A DNA stretch of 64,000 nucleotides from Eledone cirrhosa (Eukaryota), in NCBI GenBank assembly GCA_964016885.1, contig OZ024741.1, positions 346,394,001 through 346,458,000 on the forward strand, in the 5' to 3' direction. Below are positions 1 to 12,620 of this stretch, piece by piece; positions within the stretch are counted from its first letter, which is position 1; each line of letters starts with the position of its first letter. Below the pieces are notes generated by a model that was not told where the DNA came from, did not search any database, and saw only the letters and a list, made by a program, of their open reading frames with translations. The translations under genes and the position numbers were made by a program.

Positions 1-2
1 CT

Positions 3-222
3 ACCATAAAATCTGTGATTAGCAAAACATAGACATTTAAGAAAACCCACTTTAATAAAAAGACATGTGTTATATGTAAAATGAACCCCCGGATAAACTG
101 TAAAACTAGAAATGTAGTCTATAGCATAAGATGTACAGAGGTTACTTGCAGAAACATGACAACATACATAGGTGAGACAGCTCGAAGCATAAGAGAAAGA
201 ATAGACCAGCACTGGTGGAATT
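3..222 (+). pseudogene. Penelope-like element GIY-YIG endonuclease fragment
   Basis: Manual translation gives KTCVICKMNPRINCKTRNVVYSIRCTEVTCRNMTTYIGETARSIRERIDQHWWN*: VY..C..C..YIGET.R...R...H motif. In-frame stop near the window start. Confidence 0.8.
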
Positions 223-1386
223 AAAAGGACAAAAAATTGTTTCAGTACTGTGATGTTGCTATTGCATTCATGTTTTCTATTTAATTTTGGTTGGAGTTCA
301 TTTATGTTTATTGCCTCTGTGATTTGTCTAAACATTGCGTCTTTTCTGTGTAGATTTTATTTTTCTGTGTGTAGATTTTATTGTTTCAGTACTATACGAA
401 CACGTCCGACAAAGACATCACGGTAATATACACAAAATAGAAATTAAAATAATATCTAAAATAGAAATTACTCAACAGGTAGGTAAATAACTGAAGCAAG
501 TGAAATAGAGCTTAGAAGACCAAAGTTAAACAGAAAAAATCGAATGGAATAACAACAATAACCTTACACAAACAAACAATACTGACTTAAGGGAAATATA
601 CATAAATAAATAAATATACACTTAAGTGCAATAATAACAAACACATATAAACACACACTAGTGAACAAAGATAGAATACAAAAACCAAAACACATACACT
701 CAAACGCGAACATTATACACACGCGCAAACGCATGCGCAGAGATGAAGACAAGGAATAATAAATAAATAAAATAAAAATCGTGTAGTCATTACAATACAA
801 TACAATACAATAGGAGGGAACATAATAATAGTACCACTGATGATGTTGCAGATGTGCAACGATAGAACGTTGATAGACTATATGCATATATATATATTTA
901 TATCTGTATTTTTAACCGTTGGTCAATCAATGATAAACTTTGACTGCCAAATAAATTAACCATGGAGATATAAAAGATACAGAAGCGAAAACAGTGAGTG
1001 TGTTCTATTATTATTTCTGTCAATATTATTACAACAATATGAATCTCCCCAAGTATAACAATATATATATATATATATATGAATATATATATAGTGGTAG
1101 AACACTGGAAGTTAATATCCGCAGAGGTATAGAGCACTCAGTCCATGGGACGAGTAAGGTAGAAGTGGTTACACAACAGTTAGTACACCATACCGAGAAC
1201 AATTGTTTCAAATCAGCTCGTAATGGATATGGTTATACGGAACAGGAAGGACAACCGTACGAACGCGCATGCGCAGAAACGGTCAATTCACTCAGGCAAT
1301 ACTAAATTGCGTGCGAGAGGTGTAAGGGAGATAACTGCGAAAGTCCGAAAGTTTCTAGTTGATAAGAAAATTAGCATGTTGTAATT

Positions 1387-2260
1387 CAATCCGGAGCTTT
1401 GCAGTGTTTTCAGACGTGTGGACAACGTGTGAAGAATTCATTTCTTGAATTTAGACAATCGCTATTGCATAATCTATTTAGAATATTTATTTTTTCATCA
1501 ATACATAGTCCACACGATGGATTGCCCTTTGCCTATGGCTTGGACTAAGTGATGGCTTTCCATTGAATGGAGTAGTCTATACTTGAGTCCTTGAAGGACC
1601 ATACGTGGCTCGCGAGTTTCGTGGATGAACGTCTGTCCGGGTACCTAAAGGTCGACTGGTGATTCAGGAAACGTTCCTTAAATCGGCCCACCGCCATAGC
1701 CACATAGCATTTGACCTCCTATAGTTCATTTGGTCGGTTGGAAGTGACGACAGCTTCATAAACTAGAGCGGGTGTGTTGCATTGCAGTTGAAGGGGACAA
1801 CCTTCGGGCTTACGGCAAGAACACCCCGGTGGGGTGTTGCTCTTACGCCTGTTGGTGATGTGGTCCTTCATGTTATTAGCGCAGGAGTATCCTAGTTTTA
1901 CTTTGTGACTGTTAAAGATGGAGCGGTATTTATGACCTATGGGAAAGTGTCTATCTAAGAGGGATAGACATGTTTTGCCTACATTGGTTTTATCGTCGAG
2001 TGCGAAGGGAGGAGAGAACCAGATAGTTTGTATATTGTTACGCTTTGTTTTCTATTGCTGTTGTTGTTAGTGGGAGAGTAAGTGATAGGTTGCGAGAAGC
2101 CGCTGTTAGCTAACGCCGTGTTATAGTAGGGTGCCACTCTGTCAAAGATAGCCTTATTAGAGGAGAGGTTTGAGATTCTAGTAATGATATTATTTACGAA
2201 GTTTCTAAAAACAGTGGGAGGGTGGCATGAGCCCTTGTGAAAGTAATTGAGTTTTTCGGT
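1387..2260 (-). mobile_element. Penelope-like (Naiad-type) element, 3' fragment: RT thumb, linker, GIY-YIG; decayed
   Basis: Manual minus-strand translation: GSCHPPTVFRNFVNNIITRISNLSSNKAIFDRVAPYYNTALANSGF / IWFSPPF..TNVGKTCLSLLDRHFP / CSCRKPEGCPLQLQC..LVYEAVV / FKERFLNHQSTF / CGLCIDEK..LNSRNEFFTRCPH. Contains stops and a frameshift. Confidence 0.85.
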
Positions 2261-2302
2261 AAGCTTATATATATCATTAGGCTTATATATATATATTTAT
2301 AT

Positions 2303-2335
<33 letters not shown>

Positions 2336-3624
2336 CTACGTATTTTCAATACTATTGCAGTATAAAGGGTGTAGTTGATTGGTAGCATTGTTAGAGCGTA
2401 ATATAAAGTTCTATTGAGGCATCTGTTTTCTTTCCTTATATTCTTCGTTTAGAGTTGAACCTTGAATTTTATAATTTCCGCTCCGGTAAAATAATTAACC
2501 AGTCAAGTACTTTACGATCTCTGCAGCGTTTGCTACCCATGTGCATCAATGTTATTGCACAGCACCCGCATATTATTGCAGTAAATTTCTGATTTACTTA
2601 TGGTTTATATCATGTGACTTGTATATTACAATTCTTTTGTTATATATTAAAATTTATAGTATGCATGGCCCCGTAACTGCCGTGATAGTCGAAGTAGTGT
2701 TGCATTGGCATACGTCGTATCTAGGGCACGCTTTACAATCTGGTGAAGCCCATAACCTCTCCAGGTCTGAATGCTGCTGATGTGGTAGAAAGAAGGATAA
2801 AGAGTGAATGAATGGAAGTGAGAAAGTAATTTGTTTTATTGACCTCTAATGGATGAAAGATAAAGTTGACTTTGGCGGTACTTGAACTCAGAGGGCAAAG
2901 ATCCGGAACGAAAAACGCAAAATTTAGACCCGACGTTCTAATGATTCTCCACCTTGCAAATGACATTGAAATCGTTTAGTATATAAGTTTCTGTTTATAT
3001 ATAAACGCGTCAATGTCAATATGCTGCATCAATTGTCAAGTCATGAGTACTGAAACTATACGGCCATATGGAAAGATCAACTCGTGGTGTGAGTAGGATA
3101 TGTTTGGAAGGAAGGTTGGCTGGTAAGAGAAGCAGAGCAGGCAGCCAAAACGATGGTTTGGCAATGTCAATTTATGGACAGGACTTCATCTTTGATCTTT
3201 GAACTCTGCTGCTGGTGATCGAACTTTGTGGAGAGAGATATCACATGTTAATGCGAAGTCTGCAACTGGCGGAGTTTAGTATCACAAGAGAGATGACCTA
3301 TTTAGTACCTATTTCTTTATGAATTATATCAACATTATATTCAATCAGGTTCTAACTACACACGGAGGGAATTCGAACCTTAACTGTAAAATACTAGTTG
3401 AATTCACGGAAAAAGATTACACGTGGACAAGGAAAAAGTAAACAAAGGAAAAAGTAAACGAAAATATAAATACAATCAATTATTTTCAGGAATATAGATT
3501 TTTCAACCATGAAATTAATGCTTCAGTCATGATACTTCTACACAAGTCTAAACACATACAAACATACACAGGCATACATACTTACACACACAACACACAC
3601 GCACGCACGTATATATGTATAGAA

Positions 3625-3674
<50 letters not shown>

Positions 3675-3911
3675 ATATATATATATATATATGTACATAT
3701 ACATATTTATACGCATATATACACCCGCATTCAAATGTGAAGATATTTTGCGTAAACGTACTGAAGCCGTCGGCATTCGGCAAACCAGAGTTTAGTTCCC
3801 ACATATCATAATTTCCATATTTTTTATGACTAGGTCCAAAAGTGTTCGAGTATTTTTATATTAAGAATAACCTTACTTTGTATCAGCTTACTTTATGGCT
3901 GATATGCTTAT

Positions 3912-3987
3912 AATTACTCAAAATGTGCTCAACGCTTCTTAAATATGATTGAATCTTTGTTAAAATCCTACGGGCCGATAGGTAAGA
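3912..3987 (+). repeat. Dispersed repeat, second copy at about 10818-10893
   Basis: aattactcaaaat..cttcttaaatatgattgaatctttgttaaaatc.tacgggccga.aggtaaga occurs at both sites. Confidence 0.75.
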
Positions 3988-4186
3988 CTTAAAAACGACA
4001 GGTAAGCGGCCATTTTCGCTCCGGAGTAATTGCAATTTAGCCGTATGATATGTATGTATTCCATTACCTTCAAGAGTTTTTTATGCTCAAATTCTGAATT
4101 ATATTTATCGAAGCAGTTAACTTTAAGATAAATTACTTTCCAAAATACCAAAATTGTTCAACTGAAACCTCGAATATACTTGTTTC

Positions 4187-4345
<159 letters not shown>

Positions 4346-4390
4346 TTGTATGTGTGTGTGTATAATTACACACACACATATATATACATA

Positions 4391-4840
4391 TCTGGTTGGT
4401 GCGAGCAATAACTAAAGAAAGTTATTGGAACAGGTAAATTAGGGTGAAGCGGCTAGCGTCACTCTAATTTACGTGTCCCAATAACTTTTTTTTAGTTATT
4501 GCTCGCACCAACCAGAGGTATAGCCAGTCACTCTCTCTCAGCTGGCCACTTCCTCGCCCTTTCACTCACTCACTCTCTGCTTCTCCCCCTCTCTCACTTC
4601 CTCCCGTTTGACCTGTGTGAAATCCTTTTCTCGCTCACATCTTTCCCATGTCGGATGGTCTTTACCTCTCGTCTATGATTTCACCGAACTTAAGTTCATA
4701 GATATCACGGACTTGTTTCTCCTCTTCCTCTCTTTCCGTTGCATTACCATCTATGTTTGTTTACATGCCTCGCTCGCTTCACCCTATTTTACGTGTCCCA
4801 ATATCTATCTTTAGTTATTGCTCGCACCATCCAGAGGTAT
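4391..4840. repeat. Non-coding unit with 320-bp direct repeat and 5' inverted arm
   Basis: acgtgtcccaata..tttagttattgctcgcacca.ccagaggtat at 4471 and 4791. Segment 4391-4451 is its reverse complement. Confidence 0.8.
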
Positions 4841-4940
4841 ATTATATTTAAAGCGAAGAAATACCAATGAAGGTTGGAAGATCAATGATGAAGGACTAAT
4901 TTTATTCATGTGGAACCCATGTGCAACCACGCAGCACGCC

Positions 4941-4996
<56 letters not shown>

Positions 4997-5065
4997 CTCA
5001 AGGTTTAGCAAATAAGAAAAAGTTTCCAAATAAATTTCAAAAAATTCACTGTACTTACTATGGTT

Positions 5066-5144
5066 ACCTTTACCGAATCGGTTTCGAGTCTCAAAAATAA
5101 ATGGATAGTCCTTCCATTGAAAAGATAAACTCTCGTCAGAAGGT
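5066..5144 (-). ncRNA. Type I hammerhead ribozyme with extended stem II, in a retrozyme-like repeat (about 5035-5390)
   Basis: Minus strand: ACCTT-CTGACGA-GAGT..ACTC-GAAA-CCGATTCGG-TA/AAGGT. Intact core, GUA triplet. Homologous to 58851-58931. Confidence 0.8.
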
Positions 5145-5407
5145 TCTTTTCAGTCGGAGAATATAAAATTCCCGAGTTCAAATTACGAACTGGCGCTATT
5201 CAAAATTGTTCCCGAGATGAGAATGAATGATGTGGAAGCAAATCTGACCAGTGCCGAGTGCTAAGATAGAGGCAGAGGCAGAGAGGTCAATCTACTACCA
5301 CTATAAATAGCAGCTGTCAAACGACCAGTTTTCATATCGACCAGGGGGAGATTAATAATAATAATAAAGTATATATCCCTACACGCAAAAATCATATATA
5401 TATATAT

Positions 5408-5469
5408 ACTCTTTTACTCTTTTACCTGTTCCTGCCATCCGGCTGAGGCCATGCTGGGGCACCGCCCTT
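5408..5469 (-). mobile_element. SINE/LINE 3' tail fragment ending in (TAAAAGAG)n; similar tail at about 11113-11152
   Basis: Minus strand aagggcggtgccccagcatggcc..aggtaaaagagtaaaagag, next to (TA)n. Confidence 0.55.
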
Positions 5470-6258
5470 GCTGCTACTACACATTCTATCTCCAGTTTAT
5501 GTTGGCTGGCTATTGATGTCAGAGAGAGAGAGAGAGAGTTGCTGCTGCCCTTAGGCTACCTTCGTACCGTGCTGTGGGCTCATCCGGGATTCTGGACAGT
5601 AGGCTGTCGAGATGTTTCTTGAAAACCTCAGTTCTCTTCTCACTTACAACTGCGGGGATCGGACGTGTGTCTCGACTACTCAGGCTTGAACTTTATTGAG
5701 TGGTTTTGGATGTCCTACCTATAGTGGCTCACACATTGCTCGGTTTATTGTATTTTTCGTTATTTTGTTACTGTTTTCTCTTTTCTTCCCCTTTGCTTTC
5801 CTTCCCCCTTCCTTCGTTTCGCCAATAACTTATTCAGTCATTGACGCCTTAGGGTGAGGTATCTTGTCTTTAAAACGTAGAAATATCCGAGATCCACAGT
5901 AGACAACTGATGAGGAACGCCCCCCCCGTTCTTGCTTTCTTCGTATTCCCACTGCATTTTAAGTTACCTTAAAAGCAACTACACAGCCATTTCTATTCTC
6001 CATTTATATATATATATATATATATATTTCTATTTATTTGCCACTAGGGCACAAGAGAAAGGGACAAGTACACAGGGGGGAGTTTACATAAATGCGAGTA
6101 AAGAAAAAGGCATAACAATGAGAATAACATAATAATAAAAAGTCCTCAAAAGGGAGGGGGCGTGTTGGCGATTGCACATATCTCCGAAAAGTGTGCGACT
6201 CTTTTCGCGGGGGAAGCCCAGAGAGGAAGCGCTCCCCCTTTCCTCTTCACTTCTTCAC

Positions 6259-8674
6259 CTACAGAACAATGTAGAGAGAAGGCCCATTTACACGAGCCAT
6301 TCTCGCTTCTTTCACCCATCTTTCATAAAACTGTCTGGGGCCAAGCACTTCTCTCTCCATCCTGATCCTTCTTCCGAAGTGGTATCGGAAGAAGTAAACC
6401 AGGTGTTGGCCGGAGAGAAAGTCACCCGACCTCAGACCTTTCGGACGCGTCCACCACACAACCTCTTTCATCATGGCTATTACGCACAGAAAGACCGCCT
6501 CTGCTTCATTTCTGAAGGGAGGAGGCGGCTTGATGTTCACCACAGACTCGGCGGTCAATCGAATCGGCGCCACACGCGACAGCAGTCGTTCGACGTAGCC
6601 CCACAGATCGGGAACGCCCGGGCAGTGTACCAGTGCATGCGCAACGGTTTCCTCGTCGCGCACGCATCTGGGACAGATCTTTTTCGTGGGATCCCTGCCC
6701 GGGCGCCCGTGTCTGTAGAGCTTTTCTCGAACGGGTAGAGCCCCCCGGTAACACTGCCAGGCTAGGGACCTCTGGAAGTTGTCCATGGGTCCCGGGCCGA
6801 AAGTTCTACCGAACAGGCTGGCCAGTTCGTCCTCCTCCAAGCCTAGCGACTCTCCAAGGGTGTCGTCGCCCCTGCTAGCCACCAGCCCTCTATAGAATGT
6901 CGAGGTGGATTCTCCACTGATAGTCGGGTCCGCTTGCCAGAGAGCCGTGAGCACCTGGGCACACTCGGTGTGCCAGTTGCCCAGTTTTCTCGGTCTTTGC
7001 TTCACCCAGGATTGAAGCTCGGTGAGCGAGACGAGCTGTGGAAAGGCTCGCCTCACAAACGTGGCCCACACCGGCTGTAAAAAAATCTGTAACTCTGCAT
7101 TCAGCAGAGTTAGGGGCCTAAAGTTACTTAAGTCGTCCCCCTTGTTCTCGTCCTTCCTCACTAGCGTGACCACGCCCTTGGTCACAGAACAGGGAATTCT
7201 CCCGTTCTGTTGCCAGTTGCAATAGACAGCCACGAGGAGTTCGGAGAACAAGACCGGCATAGCTAAATAAAGTTCGTATGGAAGACCATCGAGACCCGGA
7301 GATTTGCGTCTGCTGCATTGGCTGAGCGCTTCCCCGATTTCAGTGACTGTGATTGGCCTTTCGCAGCACTCCGCTTCGCCGCTCGAAAGACGCGGTAGAC
7401 CGTCGAGGTATGGACCGAAGTCCACATCCCCGTCCGGCCCCCCGCCCCCTCCGAACAGTCGAGCAAAGTGCCTTTGAAAGGCCTCGCACATCCGCTCAGG
7501 TTCAAGGATCACCCGTCCATCCTGGTCTCGCAAAGACCGAATGGTGGATTTAATCCCACTCTTGGCTTCTGTCGCGCGGGCCCAGCTAACAGCTTTGGTC
7601 CCCTCGTTTCCTAAAGCACGTATTTTACTTCGGACAACGCAGCCTTCGTGCTTCGCGTCAAAGAACTGGCTCAACGCCGTTCTCGCCGCTAACACTCTGG
7701 CCACGTCTCCGCTCCTAATCGCCTCTTCTAGTTTATCTGTTAACTCCCTTTCCTTCCTATTTCTATTCGCCGCTAGTTCCTTACTGTAACCTATCGAACT
7801 TACTCTAATCTCTCTCTTTAGAGATACCCACCACCTGCTGTTGACGATCGCTCCCGTCAACCGCATCTTAACTAAGCTACTAATCCGGTTCCTGTAATCT
7901 TTCTTTGCCGGCAAGGACAAGTTCATCTTCCAGTAACCGGGACCCTGTCTATGCGTTCTATCAAGGTTGACCACGCAGGTAACTAATTTGTGATCTGAAT
8001 AGCCAACCATGATCAATTCTGTACAACTAACTACGTCCCTATCCTTACTCCTAACCCAAAACCTATCTAGGTACGATCTAGATTGACCACTGCGGTTTGC
8101 CGAGGTCCAGGTTGGCGCAGTTGGACAATCTAGTCGAAATCTATCGACCAGGTCGAATCTATCGAGTAACCCCTTGAGGCTGCTACACCCCCCTCTATCG
8201 GGACATGCCCCTGCATAGTCCCAACGCGCATCTAGGATTCCATTCCAGTCCCCCACTAAAAGCAGGGAACGCGACGTTCCTAGAAAAGTCTCCCGACGCT
8301 GGAAGAAGTCGGCTCTTTCAGCCCCGAAGGGGGCATAAAGACCGACCAGTCTGAAAGCCCCGCCTTCACTGCCTCCGACGTCCAGCACCAGTAATCGACC
8401 CCCCGGGTCCGAGTGAACAATCTGTACATCGAGAGCCAGACGTTTATCCAGCATTACGGCACCCTCCCCCCCAACCATCTCCGGGTTGACAGAGAGATGC
8501 GTGCATCTCAAAGTCATCGAAGGCGGGAGCCAGCTGTCGCACGCTGCTGATCCGACTCTCGCAAACAACCATCACATCTATACTTCTTGACTTGAGGTCA
8601 CTTAGAAGCTTTGCTTGCTTCCAAGCTGAGCCCAGGCCACGCGCATTCAAACAGCCAACTCTCAATTGATCTAT
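6259..8674 (-). pseudogene. Tx1 ORF2 (APE endonuclease, linker, C-terminal CxxC..H..C; RT domain missing)
   Basis: RVGCLNARGL, GLYAP, LVGDWN, SYLDRF, YSDH, SPGLDGLP, NFRPLTLLN, then a jump straight to LQIF..CPRC..ETVAHALVHC. Start appears mutated to ATA and there are 5' frameshifts. Confidence 0.9.
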
Positions 8675-10531
8675 TTTGGTGTTGAAAGTGAAGAAAGAAA
8701 AGCACCTACCTCTCCGGGTTGTGTAATTTCCATGGCGTCAGGTGTGTTGGGTGGAGGGATGTTTTGTGGTGGTGTGGGGGTACCCGAGTGTGGTGGGGTT
8801 GGGGTATTTGGAGTTGTGTCAGGGAGAGGGGAGGTTACGGGGAAATCTTTCAAGAGGACGCGATTTAACGGTTTTAAACAGGGGGGGGGGGCTCACGCCC
8901 TGTCTAAATTGTTCTTTTAAGGAGCGATAAAGGTCCAGAGGGACCTTTATCATTTTTAAATGGGTGAAGTTCTCTGTTGAGATAAAGTTTGGCCCTTCAG
9001 TCTGTACCAAAGGGCTATTGTTTATTAATTTAAACAGTTTTTTGTTTTCTTTATTTATATATGTGTATTGCAAAGTCTTTTTTTGTGATGCTGTCAATGT
9101 TTCGGAGAGGGGAGGCGCAGATTTATTTTTGTTTGTCGAGGGTGGGGTGTTTTTGATTGGAGTTGGTGTTTGTGTGTGGGTTATTTGTGGTGTGCTGGGT
9201 GTGTGCTTTCTTTTTTTTCTTTTAACTTGTCTGAAGGCTTCTCCTCCTTCTTCTTCAGAAGTTGGGGGAAACTCTTCAGCGCTAGGTGGGAGGGACGTGG
9301 TGTCTGGTTGTTTTTTTTTTGCGGGATGGGTAGATTTGTTGCTGTTTTTTTATTATTTGTTTGAATGCGTTTTGTGGTGGTGGTGATGATGTTTGTGTCG
9401 TGCTTGTGGTCGGTGATGGTGATGGTGGTGGTGATGTTTGTGTTGTGGTTGGTGATGGTGGTGGTGATTTTTGTGTCGTGCTTGTGTTTGGTGGTGGTGG
9501 TGGTGATGTTTGTGTTGTGCTTGTGGTTGGTGGTGTCTGTATTTTGTTTGCTGTGTGTGGTATTAGTGTATTTTTGGAGGTGGGTGGTGTTGGTGTACTG
9601 TTTGTGGTGGGTGTGGGCAATAGTCCTTTTTGGGGGATACGTTTCGGGCAGTTAGCCTTAACGTGTCCCCTTTCCGTGCATAAATAGCATGCTGGTCTTC
9701 TCCCCTCTACAATTATATATATTGGGGTGAGGTCATCCAGCCAGATGCGATCCGGGATTTGTGCTATTCTTTCGGGCCTCATTTGGACTAGTAGGTCGAG
9801 GCCCATTCCCAGGAACGCATCTCCAGATGCCTTCCCCATTGACAGCACTGTGTCCTCGCCCATGTCTATGAAGCCAGCAATAGCCCACCAGAAGTCCATT
9901 GTGGGCAGCATTGTTTGTATTTTGACTCTCTGTGTTCTTCTACCCATGTAGGAGGGATAGAAGCTGTATGTTGTTGATGAGAGTGGGCTTAGGGAAAGCT
10001 TCTGGGCTGTTTCCTTGTCTTTTGTTAAGACCGAAATCCTGCCATAGAGTCGGTCCTTTCGTATGAAGAGAATATTCTTCATATAGTCTTTTAGGACCAA
10101 CTCTATCTCCATTTGGCTGGGCTGTGCTGGCTTTCTCGTTTGGTTTAGGATTGTTCTGAAGAGAACTGTGCTCTCTGTTCTCGCTTTCTTGAATTCTGGG
10201 GGGGGGGGGGGGGGGGGTTAATGGAAAACATTCCGTTCTCCCCCAAGACTATGTGTTTTTTTGCTTCTGCCAGTTTTTCTCTGGCGGCAGTTAAGTCTAT
10301 TGGTGTATATATTATGGATTGTTTTGTTTTCTGGGCGAAAGTTGCCTTGTTGTTATTTGTATTCTTATTTTCTGTTTGTCTGTTTTCCGTTTGCTCATTT
10401 TCCGTAACATTTGTTTTTTCATTTTCCTTGTTTGTTTCGTTGTCTAGTTTTGTTGTATCTATTTTTTGTTCTTCAGACTTGGGGGGCGTGGCAGAGCTAA
10501 TGGCAGACATGTCTGCCATCTTTTCCGCCAT
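8671..10531 (-). pseudogene. Tx1 ORF1 (gag-like, CCHC zinc knuckle, Pro/Thr-rich tail); frameshifted
   Basis: ORFs 10145-10531, 9282-10112 (EGRRPACYLCTERGHVKANC), 8819-9097 and 8671-8853. Homologous to ORF1 of copy B. Confidence 0.85.
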
Positions 10532-11048
10532 GCTGCCAAGAAAGAAGTTTTACCGAAAAATAGTTATTTATTTTACCCCCTAAAAAGGGGGTAAATGTAA
10601 AAATATTTCCCTAAATAACAGGGGTAAATGTTCCAAATGTGTTGCACTGAAAAAATTCTCTGGTACTTACTATAGTAAGGGTAAATTCCTATAGAATAGC
10701 GGAGCCGATGTGAAGCGTGTCTCACTCTATCAAGATAGATAGATAGATAGATAGATATAAGAAAAAGTATGACCGTGACGGCAGAGCTCAAGCCGCTTCG
10801 ACGGCTATTTCTGGACCAATTACTCAAAATTTGTTCAACACTTCTTAAATATGATTGAATCTTTGTTAAAATCTTACGGGCCGACAGGTAAGATACATAT
10901 ATACATATAAATTTATATATATATTCCGGCTCTGTAAAACACATGATGTATTTACATTGAGCTATTTTTCTTACTGGTAATAATGTGGTAATAAATGACT
11001 GACCTTTCCTGATTATAATTATATGTAGTGTATATATATAAGTATAAG

Positions 11049-11110
<62 letters not shown>

Positions 11111-12620
11111 TACTCTTTTACTCTTTTACCTTTTTACTGTTTCTGCCATCCGTTTTCCTTCGGTTGCAATGTTTTTCGAAATATTTACTTCTGCGTTCAC
11201 AGATTGATTTTTCTAGTTTCAGAAGGTCCCGTTAAGGGTGAAAGCAACGATTCTTTGCTTAGACTTTCAACTGTTATTTTAATAAATATTTGCTCTAAGG
11301 TTCTTATATATTTGATATATATTTATCCTTATCAAGCGCTCTTTGGAATTTAGTCTTCAAATTTATTATTATTACTATATATATATATTTGTGTGTGTAT
11401 ATATACATAATGAGGCGTGATTATTATTAGCAGGTATCTTATTGTATCTAATCAGAGTCAGAGTCAGAAGAGTGAATCTCCATCTCTAGTTTCAAATCTT
11501 ATTTGATTTCCTTCGGAATTGAATAAAATGGCGTCGCCCCATCAGAAGAGAAATAATACTAAAACCTGTATTTGTGCTAAATGTTTTCTAAACACCCGAT
11601 TATTTTGACATATATATATATATGTGTTGGTGAACTATTTAAATTAATCATCTTATTAACAATTAACCACTTTTCTAAAATACTTCTATGTTTTCATTTT
11701 TCATAATAAATTTAATGAACGCGTCTCCTAAATAATTTAATGATTTGAATAGATTGCAAACAGATGATAGCAAATAAAACTAACCTGTTAAGGAAAACGA
11801 GAATATATTATTAATACACACACATATATATATATACACATTAATTCTTTGATCAATACAAATGCACGCATTTGTATACGTATGTACGTAGGTTATGAAC
11901 CAATGCTCTTTATTGTAGACCTTTATGTGTATGTATGTGGTTGCGTGTGTAATATGGTTGTATGCATGTTTTATATATACGTGTGTATGCGTGTGGTTGT
12001 GTATGTGTATATGGCTTTTTTGCTCGCATGTGTATGTGTATTTGTACGTATGTTTATTTTATATTTTGATGTATATATATATGTACACATGCATATGGGT
12101 GTGTGTTTTTATACGTGTGTATGATTTTCTATGCTTGTTTATGTGTGTGTGTGCGTGTGTTTGTATGTATGTGTATATTTATATATATATATATATATAT
12201 TTTTATGTATAGCACATCTCTTGTATTTGTTTATTCTTAAATTGTACCCCCCTCCCTCCACATACTCATACTTATCGTTGTCAACACGTCTCCTTTTTGT
12301 CTTTATTTTGTTTTTGACTTTGTATATATTTTTTTATTTTTTGTTTTTATTTATTTATTACTTCTTGTATATGTATGTGTATGTATTTATGTCCCTGTCT
12401 TTAAACGCTAATACGCTTATGTGAGAACGTATCCGTCTACGTACTTTTTAGTATATGCGCGTGGTTGAGTGTGTGTATGTTTACGTTCTGGATATTTATT
12501 GTTTATATATATATATATTTCCCCCTATCCTTTTTTCGCCCGTTCTTTTCTCAGCCCCACTTTCATATTTCTTAAATTTTGTTTTCAAATTCATATTTAA
12601 TAAAAACACCATGTTTTTTA

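Larger units (their letters stand above)
6027..10733 (-). mobile_element. L1/Tx1-clade LINE, copy A (near full length, RT core deleted)
   Basis: ORF1 pieces with a CCHC knuckle; ORF2 with APE and C-terminal Cys motif; AATAAA at the 3' end. 3' terminus nearly identical to copy B. Confidence 0.92.

Noticed and set aside
837-875. CTGATGA followed by a GTTGCA/TGCAAC hairpin as a hammerhead
   Set aside because: GATA replaces GAAA, and there is no convincing stem I or III.
721-1276. GCATGCGC (NRF1/EWG-like) motifs at about 731 and 1267 as a promoter
   Set aside because: Short motifs within repeat-derived DNA, with no linked gene.
1387-2260. Selenocysteine recoding, as reported for some Naiad elements
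   Set aside because: In the parts I translated here and at 15.4-17.3 kb, conserved Cys positions are TGY. Stops are mostly TAG or terminal, consistent with decay. No SECIS was identified by eye.
5903-5940. CTGATGA-GGAAC..GTTCT as a hammerhead
   Set aside because: No GAAA or cleavage triplet follows the stem.
9361-9687. Gly/Val-rich plus-strand ORFs, and similar antisense ORFs over the LINEs
   Set aside because: They are antisense shadows of the Pro/Thr-rich ORF1 tails and GC-rich ORF2.
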